DNA of 64,000 bases, taken from contig OZ024743.1 of the NCBI GenBank assembly GCA_964016885.1, positions 319,858,001 to 319,922,000 of the forward strand. The letters run 5' to 3'. The stretch comes from Eledone cirrhosa (Eukaryota). The notes under the pieces were generated by a model, which did no database searches, had not been told where the DNA came from, and saw only the letters and a program-made list of their open reading frames with translations. The translations under genes were made by a program, and so were the position numbers. The first letter of the stretch is position 1, and every line of letters starts with the position of its first letter. This document shows, piece after piece, positions 1-13,680 of this stretch.

Positions 1-3000
1 GTTCCATTAATGGATTGTACTTGTAATTTTCTAACTAGTTGTGTTCTTTCTGTTCCTGTGAAGCCTAGCTCTTCAAGATTTGTATTGAGGCAGTTACTAA
101 CATATCCCAGTGCCCCAACAATCACAGGCATAAATCTGAAGGTGTAATCAGGGTGGAGTATCTGCAGATTTCTCATTAGTTCTGCATAAATATTCTCCTT
201 TTCACTAATCTTTGATATTATATTGGCATCTGCTGGGCAGCTAATTTCCACTACAGTGCATGTTTCCTTCTCCCTGTCCCATATCATAATATCTGGTCTG
301 TTATGCCTGCATTTTATTGGGGTTTTTACTGGAATATTCCACCAGTACTCTTTCATATTATGTACATGGATGTCTTCCACATTGTTGTAGCTTTTAATGT
401 GTTTATTATCGGGGCTATCTTTTTTCCGAACTGCATTGTACAGTGTTTTGGCCACTACATCATGCCTCATAGGTAGATAGTACCGCGATGACATCTTTGG
501 GCAGCTGCTGATGACATCGGTGATATCCTCGATGTTAGTTCTGCAGAGTCTGTACTTGTTATCACATCTAGGTGTTTTGCCTGCATCCCTATCTCTTTTG
601 TGAATCAGGTATTTCGTGCTAATCTCCTGTTCTTGGATTGCAAAAGCGTATCCTTCAAAGTGGGAGCCAATATAGCGGTTGTTGGTCCAAGATAGACTAC
701 TTTCCTTATCTATATTACACTCACTTTGGAGCTTCCTGGCAACATATCCATGCATGATTTTTTGCTGATAAGCATGCAGTTTATCATCCATGGATTCACT
801 GCGATACTGCTGAGCGACATCCCTGGGTGTGAGTTTTTGGTTATCACACAGGGAATATCTCTGAAGGAGTTCCTTCCGAACTCTCATGATCTTATCTGTT
901 TCATGCAGATAGACTTGCTGGAGAAACGGGCTCCTACGCTTCGAGGTTCGTAGATGTTGTCGGAGAGATATGATGCGACATTCAAATGTTGTCTGGACTG
1001 ATGTTAGGCCGCTGCCCCCTGCTTACGTTTCAAGTAAAGGCGGTCTATGTCACTATTGATGTGGAAGTTTCCGGTGTTGTTCAGTATTTTTCGAGTTCCA
1101 ACATCAACTGCTCGGATTTCGTCTATCGTCCAATTGAGTATTCCAAACGTTGGTGTTAGGACAGGCCCAGCAAACACATTGTGAGCCACTGTTTTGTTTT
1201 GCGCAGAGAGTTCCGATGACCAGATCTTTCTTAATCGGGTGTAGTATTCCCTGGTTACGCGTTCTTTAGTACAGATACCATTATAGGATATGTTCTCATC
1301 TATCCCCAGGTATCTGTAGCAGTCCTCATCAGATATCGGTGAAACAGTTAGACCATTGATTACAATGTTGCTAGATTGGGTTGTTGTTTTTCCCCGCTTT
1401 ACAGTAATATATGAACATTTATCTTGGCCAAACTCCATTCCTATATCCTTTGAGAATGTTGGACAAAAGGTTTAATGACAAGATGAATAATATCACAGAG
1501 AGACTGTCCCCCTGAAATATACCCCTGCAATATTTTATTTTATCAGTGAAAATAGAGCCCTCCCTCTCTGTCTTTAACCTTAGGAAAGTAGCCCAAGAAG
1601 AAGACAGCCTCTCTATGGCTCTGACAATAATGTCTGGGATTTTAGCAAGTTGGAGGGCCTCTATCACCCAAGAGTGGGGAATAGAATCGAAAGCTTTCTT
1701 GTAGTCCAGTCAGACTGTAGCCATATTCCTCCTAAGTTGTCGCACCTCCGACATCGCAGTTTTGTTGATTAGGAGTTGTTCAGCACATCCCCAAACCCTT
1801 TTCTTTCCAACTGCTTGTTCATCTGTGATGATGTTATTATTTTCACAGTGATCTTGGAGGAATAGGCTCAGACAGGCTGTATACATCTTATACATCAGGT
1901 TCTGGCATGCAATGGGTCGGTAGTTTTTGGCCAAGTGGGTGTCTTTGTTCTTGGGGACCAGTAACGTTTGTGCTAATGTCAACCATTCTGGTATAAGTGT
2001 ATCTCCCTTAAGAACTTGTTGGTAGAGGTCAGTAAGATACCTCCGATAGAATATCAGTTTTTTGTACCAGTAGCCGACAATCATGTCTCTTCCTGGTGTT
2101 TACTTATCTTGGAGTTTTCCTATCACAGTCTCAAGGGTACCCTCACTTATTTCGTATGTTTTTGTTGTAGTGTAGGAGCAATAGTTCTTTCGGATTTCTC
2201 TTAGCCACACTGCATCTTGGTTGACATTCTTCTTTTCACCCCATATTTTTCTCCAAAAGGAATCTATGTCTTTCTGGGATGGGGCCTCAGTGACACTTAT
2301 TATTTTGCCCTTCATATCTCTATAGACTGATGTTTGGTTTCGTCTGAATCTTTTATTAAGCATTTTTCTCTCATCTACCTTCTTCAGGTATCGGCGTTTT
2401 TTGCTAACAGCTCTCAATTCTTGTTTGAGGGTGATCAGCTTATATTGGAGAGTTCTGGTTCTACTGTTACCAAACATCGTCTCTATTTTATTTTTCACTC
2501 TTTGTTGGTGAGGAGTGAGGTTTTTTTGTGTTTGTTTGCATGTAAGGAGCATTATCACATGTCCTATGTTTTTTCGTAGGTCAGCACGCTTTTTTTCTAT
2601 TTTAGTTATATATGATGGTATTTTTGGTGGTGTTTTGTTCTTGTTAATATCTCTGCTATCACCAAGATAATGCTTCACTGTCGTTGGCATTTAAACAGGC
2701 GTTGATTTGCCAAAATGTTGGGGTTTTTATCCGTCGTAAATATTCATCCCATATTTCGTCAATAACACGTAGTATTTCATTATTTGGTTTTTTATTCACC
2801 ATTGTCATTTTAACACGTTCAGCCAGAGAGATATTTATACATGAGTTAATTTCTCTCTGGAAGATTTCGTTGAGGGAAATTTTCAATTGTTTATACTTTT
2901 GATTATCATTATCGATAGTATTTTCCACAACAGTCGAGGTAGATTCGGATGGTATACGTGGTGTCACATTTATTCGATTATTATTATTATTTCCTCGATT

Positions 3001-3513
3001 ATTATTATTATCGATAGTGTTTTCCCCAGCATTCGAGGTAGACTTAGATGGTACACGTGGTGTCAAATTTCTTACAGGCATAGTTGTTTCAAGGCGCTGT
3101 TCGACCTGGCTGCTAGGAAGTCTAGTAGCATGGCGATCTGTAGCACGTGTTGTTGATTCCATGTTTGTTGTGGGGGACTTACAATTAATAATATTTATCT
3201 TATTTTTACGTTCAACAAACGTCGCTTGTTGGCGTAATTGTTTCGCTGTGAAATAATTTAGCTCTGGGTGCATTTCGTCCCAGTTTAGCTTCATTCTATT
3301 CATATAGCCAATGGAGGGATTGTTTTTTGCCATTTTATAACAATTAAATAAATCATTATTAAGTTCGCAACTCCAAGAGAAGTGCGATTTATAATTTCGG
3401 TTTCTTCTGTAGCTACAACTAAATACAGTTTGATTACCTTCTTTTTTTATTTGTCTTCGATACTTCCTTAATTTTCTTGTTGATGTTGTGTTCAGCCATG
3501 CGGTTTGTAGCAA
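1..3513 (-). mobile_element. R4/Dong-type non-LTR retrotransposon (family C), decayed; RT + CCHC + restriction-like endonuclease; runs off the window start
   Basis: Minus-strand ORF fragments: N-terminal WSCELNNDLFNCY..GYMNRMKLNW, RT motifs [42 protein letters not shown]; RLE motif HNRPDIMIWD..VEISCP near 230-310; many stops and frameshifts. Confidence 0.9.
2902..3071. repeat. Imperfect in-frame duplication (99-bp period) in the N-terminal linker of the Dong-C ORF
   Basis: attatcgatagt..tcgaggtaga..acgtggtgtca at 2908 and 3007; encodes N(L/V)TPR(V/I)PS.STS...ENTIDN twice. Confidence 0.85.
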
Positions 3514-3708
3514 ATCCTTGTAAAATGAATTATGTATTTAGTCGGATATCTCTACGAATTCGAATAAAAGGTGTCTTCAGAAGGGATAGTTAGAAGAATA
3601 ACCAGTTATTCAACCTGGCTGTAGTTGTGGCATTACTGTCGGAGATAGTATTCATCTTAAATTTAATAAATAGTCTCCCACGCCAAAATATGCGACTGAT
3701 CGCCTTGA

Positions 3709-3792
3709 CTGTATGTATGTATGTATGTATGTATGTATATCATAAAACATGTCTATAGAATCAACAGATACAATATATTCCATTTCCTCTCC

Positions 3793-3866
<74 letters not shown>

Positions 3867-3888
3867 GGAGACATATATATATGTGTTT

Positions 3889-3921
<33 letters not shown>

Positions 3922-3982
3922 CATATATATATGTGTGTTAAGGGTGAAAGCAGCGATTCTTTGCTTAAACTTTAATCTGATA

Positions 3983-4032
<50 letters not shown>
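3709..4032. repeat. Compound (TATG)n/(CA)n/(TA)n microsatellites (similar tracts recur throughout, e.g. 4656-4792, 5432-5826, 12651-12777, 19559-19950, 63600-63745)
   Basis: Direct inspection; these tracts are the source of the spurious IYIY/THTH ORFs. Confidence 0.97.
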
Positions 4033-4033
<1 letters not shown>

Positions 4034-4232
4034 AAACATTTATATGTAATAATCTCCCTTAGGTTGAGATGCAATTTTGGCTGTATTGTGCTGCGCTTTC
4101 TAGCAAAAAGCCACTAGCCGTAAGCAACTAATCACATTCTTTCTAACCTGACCGCTGCTACGTCACGATTCTTAGCCATTTTTGAATGTATTCTTGGCGC
4201 GATCACTTTGGAAAATTTATTGTCTAAATTTG

Positions 4233-4319
4233 AGCTAACTTCCTGAAGAGTACGGTGCTCTAGGTGTCCAATGCTATCGGATATCTTAAAATGCGGACGA
4301 AACCATGGTAGAGGTAACT
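4233..4319 (+). ncRNA. Type-I minimal hammerhead ribozyme motif (Penelope pLTR type), partly decayed
   Basis: acttc-CTGAAGA-GTACG..loop..CGGAC-GAAA-CCATGG-TA-gaggt; palindromic stem III ACCATGGT; stem I acttc/gaggt. Confidence 0.65.
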
Positions 4320-4652
4320 AAATATGTTCACTTTTCTCCTAGTTTATTTTACACCTAATTATGTTTGGTTGACTGTATATCTGAGAGATTCATACACGCT
4401 GTCGAAATACTCGATAAATACTCCGTCGCAACCGACGCGAAGGGATGCTTTCGGTTATTTGTCGGATATTTCTTCATAGAAGCCTTTATTCTTATAGCTT
4501 GGTCTAATCGATTTTTTATATGGTTAATTATGTTATTTGGGAGATGAAATGATATATATTTTATCTGGTGATTCTATAGACATGGTTTATGATATATAGC
4601 TCTGATTATTTAATTTATTAACTCTTCATTGAGCCACAAAGTGACCCGTTGC

Positions 4653-4719
<67 letters not shown>

Positions 4720-4727
4720 TTAAACCT

Positions 4728-4792
<65 letters not shown>

Positions 4793-4795
<3 letters not shown>

Positions 4796-5356
4796 AGGAA
4801 ATACAAAGAAGTTTAGATGTTAAAGTCCTTTGTTGATGAACCTAGTTTTAAGTAAATAAGGAATATAGCCTAAAGTGTGGAGCGTGAAAATTTAAACATA
4901 ATAAGTTAATATCGTCTTCAATGCGATATGCAGGAAAAACAAGGGGTTCTTTGTTGCTTTTAGTTCTACTTATTTATCCAGTCGAAAGTTTGTTCAACAT
5001 TTTAAATTCGTCCAGTGGTAGGGATTCAATTAGTTCCATAGGAGGGAACTTCGTACGATAGTTTGCTATGGTTTGCGATAGTAGTCAGCTACATATCCAA
5101 CATTTACACATGCGCAGACCTGCGGCCGTGAATTGAACCTCACTGGGGAACGGGATTCGCTTCATGAAAAATCGTGTTTTTCCGTTTCCTTGTCACTTCA
5201 ATTTTGGATTTCCTCCTGATTATATAAGAAACTGTCTGGTGAGATTATGACACTGGGTACATGCAGAATCGCGTGGCCACTGTCGTCATCGAAATATGTA
5301 TCACGGCCTTATCAATAAAGGAATTTAACATCTAAATTACTTTGTATTTCCTTATT
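4793..5356. repeat. Segment bounded by ~48-bp imperfect inverted repeats (4793-4840 / 5309-5356)
   Basis: aataaggaaatacaaagaagtttagatgttaaagtcctttgttgatg versus ttatcaataaaggaatttaacatctaaattactttgtatttccttatt. Confidence 0.75.
5232..5306 (+). ncRNA. Hammerhead ribozyme motif, decayed core
   Basis: ctgt-CTGGTGA-GATTATGACA..TGTCGTCATC-GAAA-TATGTA-TC-acgg, followed by AATAAA. Confidence 0.55.
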
Positions 5357-5452
5357 CTAAAAATACTCCGTCATTCCTCTGTGGAAAATGCCCGTTGAGT
5401 TCTCGAATTGAATTACATCATTGTTTTACAGTCCCCCCCCCCTCTCTCTCTG

Positions 5453-5499
<47 letters not shown>

Positions 5500-5515
5500 A
5501 TATATATATATATAT

Positions 5516-5549
<34 letters not shown>

Positions 5550-5558
5550 CTATATATA

Positions 5559-5592
<34 letters not shown>

Positions 5593-5594
5593 GT

Positions 5595-5627
<33 letters not shown>

Positions 5628-5651
5628 CGATTTGTCAAGCTATTTAAACGC

Positions 5652-5794
<143 letters not shown>

Positions 5795-6098
5795 ATCATC
5801 ATATATATATATATATATATATATATGATGTTATTCCAAATTGAAGGATAAGTGTTTCAAACTTTATTTTATCATGAGTTAAAGGTCTATAGATTTTTCC
5901 CTGGATTTCACTAAATTCTGTGGATGAATTTATATCCTGATTCTCTTTTGAGATGAGTTTGAGTTATTTTTCCTAAATCTTTCGTTAACTACTTTTCCCA
6001 TCTTGACGTTATAGTCGCATATATGTTATAGAATGCCGTTAGCTTCTTGCTAAAACAATCTCTATACCTCTCATTTATATATATATATATATATATTG

Positions 6099-6134
<36 letters not shown>

Positions 6135-6490
6135 GTTTAAATAGCTTGACAAATCGAACATTGTGGTAGGCAAAATCTAACGATAGAACTAACAGGTTGA
6201 GAAAAATACACCTGGACAAATCAAACGATTATACGTTTAAAGTGTTTCTTTGAAATCCGAAATCAAATACCAGACTTACGTGACTGGCAAGCTCGTGGTA
6301 TTCATGATCGAACAGAGGATTCAGTTTTTCAGCAGGTTTTCGTTCTACCCAGAACAGGGGTGATAGGCTAAATGTTGCTGATAGATGCAGCGTATCGTAT
6401 CTATAGATGTCACGTATTAATTCCAGCAAGGGAAATAACCCCCGGTTTTTGGTGGGTCATTCAAAATGTTAGACAAAGGAAATATTTTAA

Positions 6491-6549
<59 letters not shown>

Positions 6550-6699
6550 GGGGGGGGGCGAGAGACAGTGAGATAGAAAGAGATAGATAGACAGAGATAG
6601 ATAGATAGAGAGAGAGAGAGTGAGAGGGAGAGGTGGAGTGGCTTTTGGATAGGCTGCTGGGATTACGATTGTATTTTCGTAGACTCATTTCTGATCTAG

Positions 6700-9600
6700 C
6701 GATTTGTCCATAAACGAACATTTTATTTCATTTCATACCAGTCAATTCAACTGGCATAAATGAGTTGTAACTGTAATTCAAAATGGGCCAGCTTTCTCAC
6801 ACAGTTTGACGCTGATTAATTTTATGCATTTCAGAAAGTAACATCCTTTTTAGAAGATAATTACTCCTATTACTCTGTCTATCGCAGAATATTATGCCTT
6901 AATAGTAGCGCTTTTTATATCAAGCAGTCTAATTTGCATATGCATTTGTTAGATAATGTAATTAATTAAATAATAAAATTCTATGCAGAACACATTGTAT
7001 ATTGAATGAGGTAATATAAATGTAATATAAAAATCTGGAAGTGTAAACGTTTAAAATGTTAGTTATCACCTGATAGGGAGGGAATAATTTTTAAAACCTG
7101 TGAAGATAATGTCTTGCCTTGGTACGGACATCATGTAAATTATAATACATGCATCGGTTAAATTACCCTTCGGTTTTACTATTTATCACTTATAAACCCC
7201 AAACCTGTTGGTTATTTAACTAATTTATTAATTCTGTCACCTCATCTTTGGCTCATGCCCCCTGCGTTACCTCTTTCTCTCCTTAACGTTATCATATTTT
7301 TGCTGCCTGTCTGCAATAGTGTTTTTGCATAATAATTGTTATTTGGTTACTCTGGATGAATTTCCAACTTTATATCAATCAACATAGAGTTGCGAGTGGA
7401 AAAAGGAATGCATGACAGGATTGAGCTCTGCAAATTTCAAAGACTATCTTTGATATGTGTTGATTGATATTGCAAAGCTCAACACACAGGAAACTGAAGC
7501 CTTAAGCGGTCGATGTGAAGAACTGTTTACATGATTGGGCTCCCTGGTAGGAACCAGTTGTTTCTTTGCCATAAAAAAATGATAGTGATTACTTCGATGA
7601 GATTTGGTAGTGTCTGTTTCCCAACCAATTCTGTTCTGTTACATATGTTTTGTGATCCAACTTTTTTCAACTTGTGTGAAGACACCCCAGCAGGTTCTAA
7701 ATAGTTCAGGCATTGAATTAGATAATTGACTACTGTTTCATCACCTTGTCACATTGTCAAAAAACCTACATATTCATGAGTCACCTGGAATATTTCGAGG
7801 AATAATTAATATGTTGAGCCATCTCATTCTTAAAAGCAAGGATTACCCTTTCACTCAACCAAATTTCGTTGAAGAATTTCAGATATAGAATTGGATAAAA
7901 TTTTGCCTTGGATTTGTCCAATTATTTTTACAGATTTCTCTGAACATTCTGCCAAATAGCACTAGAGGTTTGTCCATTTCTAATTTTGAGAAATAATTCA
8001 GAAAACGCACCAGCTCTCATTCCTTATAAAATCACTCTGACATTGGCTTGTTAACCAATCTTCGTAACTTGCTGCCATAGTTATGATATCACAATGAGTG
8101 TCTTCAGTTCTCTACTACAGTCGTCCCAAACAGCGAGTTTGCGCATATCCAAAACTTTTGCAAGTCCAATTAGTTTCTTAGTGTTTATTATGTTTACTCT
8201 TGTTGCAAGATCCAATGGCAGTTTGCGTATTGAATTTGCTGTTCTTTCTTCTTCCAACAATCTTGCAACAATATCATATGAAGATAAAATCATGGCAATA
8301 TTTGTCTCTTTGCCCATTACATCCAGAATTTAGTCTTTCCTGCTCCTCAAGTTGTGTCTAAAAAGATAAGTCCATTTTTGTTTTGCAATATTTTGTTGTA
8401 GGTAGCTGGGAACACACATTCAGTAATGATATTAACAAAGTCATTGAATGTTTCAACGTTTCAACATTGTGGGCATATTTCTCTCAGTATTGCACACTAA
8501 ATATTAAGTGAACAAGTTTTCAATTGGTTGAAACATTTCAAACTGTTTACGACTTTTTTCTGTTTAGCGTGATAATTTCGTTTTTGAGTTGCAGGATAGC
8601 AACAATAAAAACAGACATAAAGAATTAACTCAACTCTCAGACTTTCTCATTGAAACTTCTTCATGTTATCTTCTGACATGCTTTCCATACAATTCTCTCA
8701 AATCCCAAAAGCATGATTGCAAATAGATTTCTCATGCGCGGAGAGGGTTTTGTAGCTTCTGCTTCGTTTAGAGGGTCATCTTAACGTGAATCATCAAGTA
8801 ATCCATGTTGGTGGCAATATGGATCGTAAACTGTTCCTTTTACAGTTATGAAAGACTGAAATGAAGTTGGCCCTTTAATTGTGTATAGTAGCAGCCGAAA
8901 GAAGACACATTTACAGTTTTTGAATTAACTGTATCGACTTTCAAGTGGATTGCTTGTCTTAATCATTGGATATACGTCATCCAATGCTCTTTACAAGCTA
9001 GTTGATTCCACGTGAGAATTGATTGGACAGCAGTGACTTTCCAAACACCCCTGTCCGGAGAATGTAGTGAGTGTTGTTTTTATGGAATCAATAGCATTGT
9101 TCTATTGTCTTCGGAGATGCAAACCTTGTAATAATTATCTGGATATCGTTCCTAAATAGAAAAGTTGAAGATTCTTCACGAAGCTTAATTGTGGTTCTTT
9201 TCAATCAGAATGACAGATTGGTCACTTCTCGTGTTCATTTATTTGCAGATATTTACATGTTATTTACATTTATTTGCAGATATTTACATTCAGAATTCGA
9301 CATTGATGTGAGAATCAAGTCTCTAGCACAGAAGAGGGCAGCTATTGGTTTATTTTTGGTAAATAATATTCTATTAGTTGAGCTTTCCCTCTGGTAGATA
9401 AGACATTCATCTTGCCCGATTTGAGCTTTTCAGCCTCAGTGATCTAGGTTATCTTTCGAAACATTTTCTATTCTTCATACGTAGAGAAATTTTGTTGAAA
9501 TTGAAATATGCTCCATGTAGCTGTAGTCGTTTTTGATGATCTGAAACAAGTTTATAACCCTCTTCCAGGTTTGACAGCTTCCCACTGATGAATCAAACTG

Positions 9601-10860
9601 TTTGATCAAATTTATTTTTCATTTCAATCAAACCCGAGCGTCACTGCGAAAGTCGCCTCTTCTGTCATTTAACAGAGTACATATAACATCTGACAGCAGA
9701 GAACCAAATATATCTCCTTTGTATATCAGAGTCATCATCATTTGAACTTTCAAACGGATCTGTATATTATCACATATGTATGTCGGATAGCCGATGAAAG
9801 ATGAATGTAATGTCATATCACCAAGTGACTAAAATCATTTACACGAGCATATATCTCAACAGCATCCTTCATATATTTGTAGTCTCCAAATCTTAATTGT
9901 TTTGTTTTAAGTTATAACGAAGAAAATTACGACGTTCAGTTTCAATTGTTGCACAAATATTAACAGCAAATTGATTTGGAAGTTTTGTGGTTTGAAGTAG
10001 AAGATCACATTCATTTTTCTGTATGCGTAAAAGCTGTTGTAAAACACTTTAATGATTATGGATCCACTAGAAATTGGACCTCCTTATTAGCAGAGGAATA
10101 TATATATATAGACCATCATCTGGGTAGGATAACATAAATGTTGGCATATATCCATGAAGTCTCATTATTAGTACACTATTTAGAAAAATGAAGTATATTT
10201 TCTTACATTGCTCAAAGATTGGTAGAGCAGCCCATTGGAGCTTCTTTGCATTATCAACGGCAGGCAAGTTTCTAAGCCTTCTATAACCGATATATTTACT
10301 TTGCAAGTTTCACTACAACGTTTGGGCGTTTTTCTAACAAATATCGTTGCATTGTACTTCAGACATATCTAAGACATTCAACCAATGCACATTTTTTATT
10401 GATACTTGTAATTGTTACATGGATTGTATTCAAATGTTCCATTCATTAGTTCTTTCAAAGTTCTTAGTCCCTTTTGAATGATTAACAGCCAATATTATGT
10501 TCGTATATTATGTTCAAATCCCGCCGAGGTTAACTTTGCCTTTCATCCTTACGGGGTCGATAACATTAAGTACCAGTAATACACTGGGTAATTGCTGGCC
10601 TTGTGCCTAACATAGAAACAATTATGTTCGTATAACTTTGGTTTGTTGTTTGGTCTCTTGTGTCCGGTTTAGAGGATCTTGTATTCGTATAACTTTGGTT
10701 TGTCTTTCGGTCTCTTGTAATCACCTTCTCATCATATCACAATCCTTTTGTCGACGTGACATTTGTTGCTTCAGATTCTCGTGTAAAATGATGAAAGCTA
10801 TTTTAAATAGCATCGTTTTATCTGGACGTTGTATCTCTAGACATTCCATCATTTAAGTTC
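6700..10860 (-). mobile_element. Helitron RepHel relic (PIF1-like helicase), heavily decayed; boundaries approximate
   Basis: Minus-strand remnants: FFRLLLYTIKGPTSFQSFITV (~8840-8925), IAMILSSYDIVARLL..RTANSIRKLPL..KLAVWDDCS (8081-8317), RLQFPV..FAISIN..SLK and FFHSQLYV (~7380-7500). Confidence 0.8.
10508..10620 (+). mobile_element. 5'-truncated tRNA-derived SINE with Nin-like core, 14-bp TSD
   Basis: B-box GTTCAAATCCC, core gcctttcatcct..ggggtcgataa..taagtaccag; TSD attatgttcgtata at 10494-10507 and 10621-10634. Confidence 0.8.
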
Positions 10861-11187
10861 AAAAACATATTGAGAACGTGACAAATCTATTTCGTTTCGA
10901 ATACTTGAATAATCCTAAAGCATATTGTCTCTGTCTCACCAAGAAAAAATATATATACGTATATACACACATACAGGCACAAGCTCACAAACACACACAC
11001 ACTCACATACATACACAAGGATGAGTATTGATGTGCATGTACGTCAATACTCATTATTTTCCAATTTTTAGAAGATTTTAAACCCCACTATCAGGCTAAA
11101 ATTTCTCTAGCCAAAAACTCGGTGAAAGCTTCTATTTCTACTAAAATTTCGAACTTCGCTCGCTATTTCAAAACAAACTTACTTGTC

Positions 11188-11218
<31 letters not shown>

Positions 11219-11627
11219 TACTATATGTTGGTTGTTTACCGACACCTCAGTATGCAGATTGGAGCACTCGACGAAGTAGGCGGGGGAATCTGGTATCTGC
11301 AAACTATGTCTGAGCGAGACCCTCGAGATACTCAGCGGTGGAAGCAGCCTAATAAACCTCAAGACCGACTTCTTCGGTACATGTAGACACCTCAGGACCG
11401 GGACCTTCCTCAAGCTATATGGACAATAACAACACATTGGGATGGGAACTACCCTCAAGCTATAGAGACAGTAGCCCCGCCACACCGAGCCCAAGGTAAA
11501 CCACCCGCTACACACTCACAATCCCTACTGCTGCCTCGATCGACTCCTATAGCAACACATACTTATACGTATGTCCATACATAGATACTCTTGTTTAAAA
11601 TTATACATACATAGATACTTACATGTA

Positions 11628-11662
<35 letters not shown>

Positions 11663-11663
<1 letters not shown>

Positions 11664-12266
11664 AATACAAGTATGTATACGTACATAGATACATGTATAC
11701 AGACGTACAGTAGTATGTATATACATACATACATGCACACATATATATATATATGTACGTATGGGTTTAACGAACATTTATTATAATGTTCGGTTTGTTT
11801 GTTAACAAACAGCCCGAATTAAGCCGTACAGTGTTCGGCAACCCTCGTTGCCATTTTGTTCAACACTGACAAAGAAACGATGAACTAGTTTCTAGCTTAT
11901 TAGCAGTCATAGCACCGTATACCTCCTGTCAGTCAATTGAACGTTTGAAAGTATATACTTTCCTTGTGCATATTAACGGCTGAGCAGCCTAATTTGCATA
12001 TCGAGTGAGTTAGTCGGCTGGGTGTACCGGAAACGATAAATGGAAGAAATGAAATTTCATTTCTCACTCTTAGTACGGCTGTTACTTTAATACAAGTATG
12101 TATACGTACATACATATATGTATACAGACGTACAGCAGTATGTATATACATACATACATGCACACACATATATATGAACGTATGGGTTTAACGAACATTA
12201 TAATAAACGTTTGTAAACCGAACCCATAAGTTAAACCCATACGTACATATATATATGTGTGTGCAT
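11663..12266 (-). mobile_element. Non-coding ~430-bp-unit repeat (copy 1, ~1.27 units plus short inverted end) with a decayed hammerhead at 11877-11918
   Basis: aatacaagtatgtatacgtacata recurs at 11663 and 12089; 12231-12266 is the reverse complement of 12157-12191; homologous to 20620-21445. Confidence 0.8.
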
Positions 12267-12276
12267 GAATATAGGT

Positions 12277-12650
12277 ACGAGCTTTCTTAGTGAGGAGGGT
12301 GATATTTGGACACCCTGCGGGATGAAATACAACACCCGGCAAAGAGCGGAGGAACTAAACAGAGTCAACGGCCATCCAAATAGTACTCAAATCCACCTGG
12401 CAGTGAAAGGCCCCCCAGTTGTCACAACACCTTTCTTAGAGAGGGAAACTCTGAAAAAAACCTGCCGCTTCGGAAGCATCCGATGATGTTGACAAGTTCT
12501 CCTTTTCGGGTAGTGTTTTCGATGCTCAGAAAGTAGGGATTGGTCGAGTGCAAGGCCTTTTCCCACGTAAAGAACCCTCAAAGCACAGGCATTGCTTGTT
12601 CAAGATCTCTTACAAGCGATTGCAATACATTTAGCAGAGTCTGCAGCCAA
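12277..12650 (+). mobile_element. RTE-LINE 5'UTR-like fragment (related to 19954-20240)
   Basis: cttagagagggaaactctgaaaaaaacctgc resembles ctaggagaaggccactctgatataaaacctgc; the similarity continues downstream to ...agcacaggcat. Confidence 0.45.
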
Positions 12651-12662
12651 CATATATATATA

Positions 12663-12768
<106 letters not shown>

Positions 12769-12875
12769 TATATATATGTCTCAATGAAGTAATTCCGTCG
12801 GAAAGGTATAGGAAAAAAGAGTGTTCAATGTAGGTTACAGAGCTTATTAGTTATGTAATAAACAACATAAGATAA

Positions 12876-12940
12876 TTATTTCATTTACCAGTGGTTTCTT
12901 GAAAGCAGATATATATGCATTCAGTGGTCAGAATGAATAA
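12876..12940 (-). ncRNA. Hammerhead ribozyme motif, decayed
   Basis: Minus: ttcatt-CTGACCA-CTGAATGCA..TGCTTTCAA-GAAA-CCACTGG-TA-aatgaa. Confidence 0.5.
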
Positions 12941-13385
12941 AACATGGTGTTTTTATTAAATGATGATTTGAAAACAAAATATAAGAAATATGAAAGTGAG
13001 GCGGAGGAAACAACGGGCGAAGAAGAATAGGAATATATATATATATATATAAATATACATATACATATATATATATATAAAATATATAAATGAACAAACA
13101 TACACACACTCAACCACGCGCATATACTTAAAAAGTACGTAGACATAAGCTGTCACATAAGCGTATATGTATCAACCAACATGAACAAAATACATACACA
13201 TACATACACATGAAGTAATAAGAATAAATAAATGAATAAGAACAACAAATATTCAAAGTAAAAAATAAAATAAAATAAAATAGACAGAGGATGCGCGTTG
13301 ACAACGATAAAAGAGGGGGGATAAGAACAAACAAAAATAAACAAATACACGAAGTGTGCAATTACATAAAAATACAGATACACAA

Positions 13386-13457
<72 letters not shown>

Positions 13458-13635
13458 GCATACATACATACATACATACATACACACTCACGCGCACAAA
13501 CAACCAAAAAACACATGCACAAACACTCATATACATGTATAAAAACACATACACATATGTAAGTGTATATATATCAAAAATATGAAATCGAAAATGCAAC
13601 TGGAGTCTTATTTAAAAAAATATATATTTATTTGG

Positions 13636-13680
13636 TTCCTTTACCGGTTTCGCAGTTCTTCTGCTTTTCAAAAGTAGAAT
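13636..13680 (-). ncRNA. Hammerhead-like motif with variant core
   Basis: Minus: ctt-TTGAAAA-GCAG-aagaa-CTGC-GAAA-CCGG-TA-aag. Confidence 0.45.

Noticed and set aside
3545-3600. Further hammerhead candidates (CTGAAGA on - at ~3575; also ~4381, ~11245, ~19220, ~20362)
   Set aside because: The core or stems are too incomplete to support a call.
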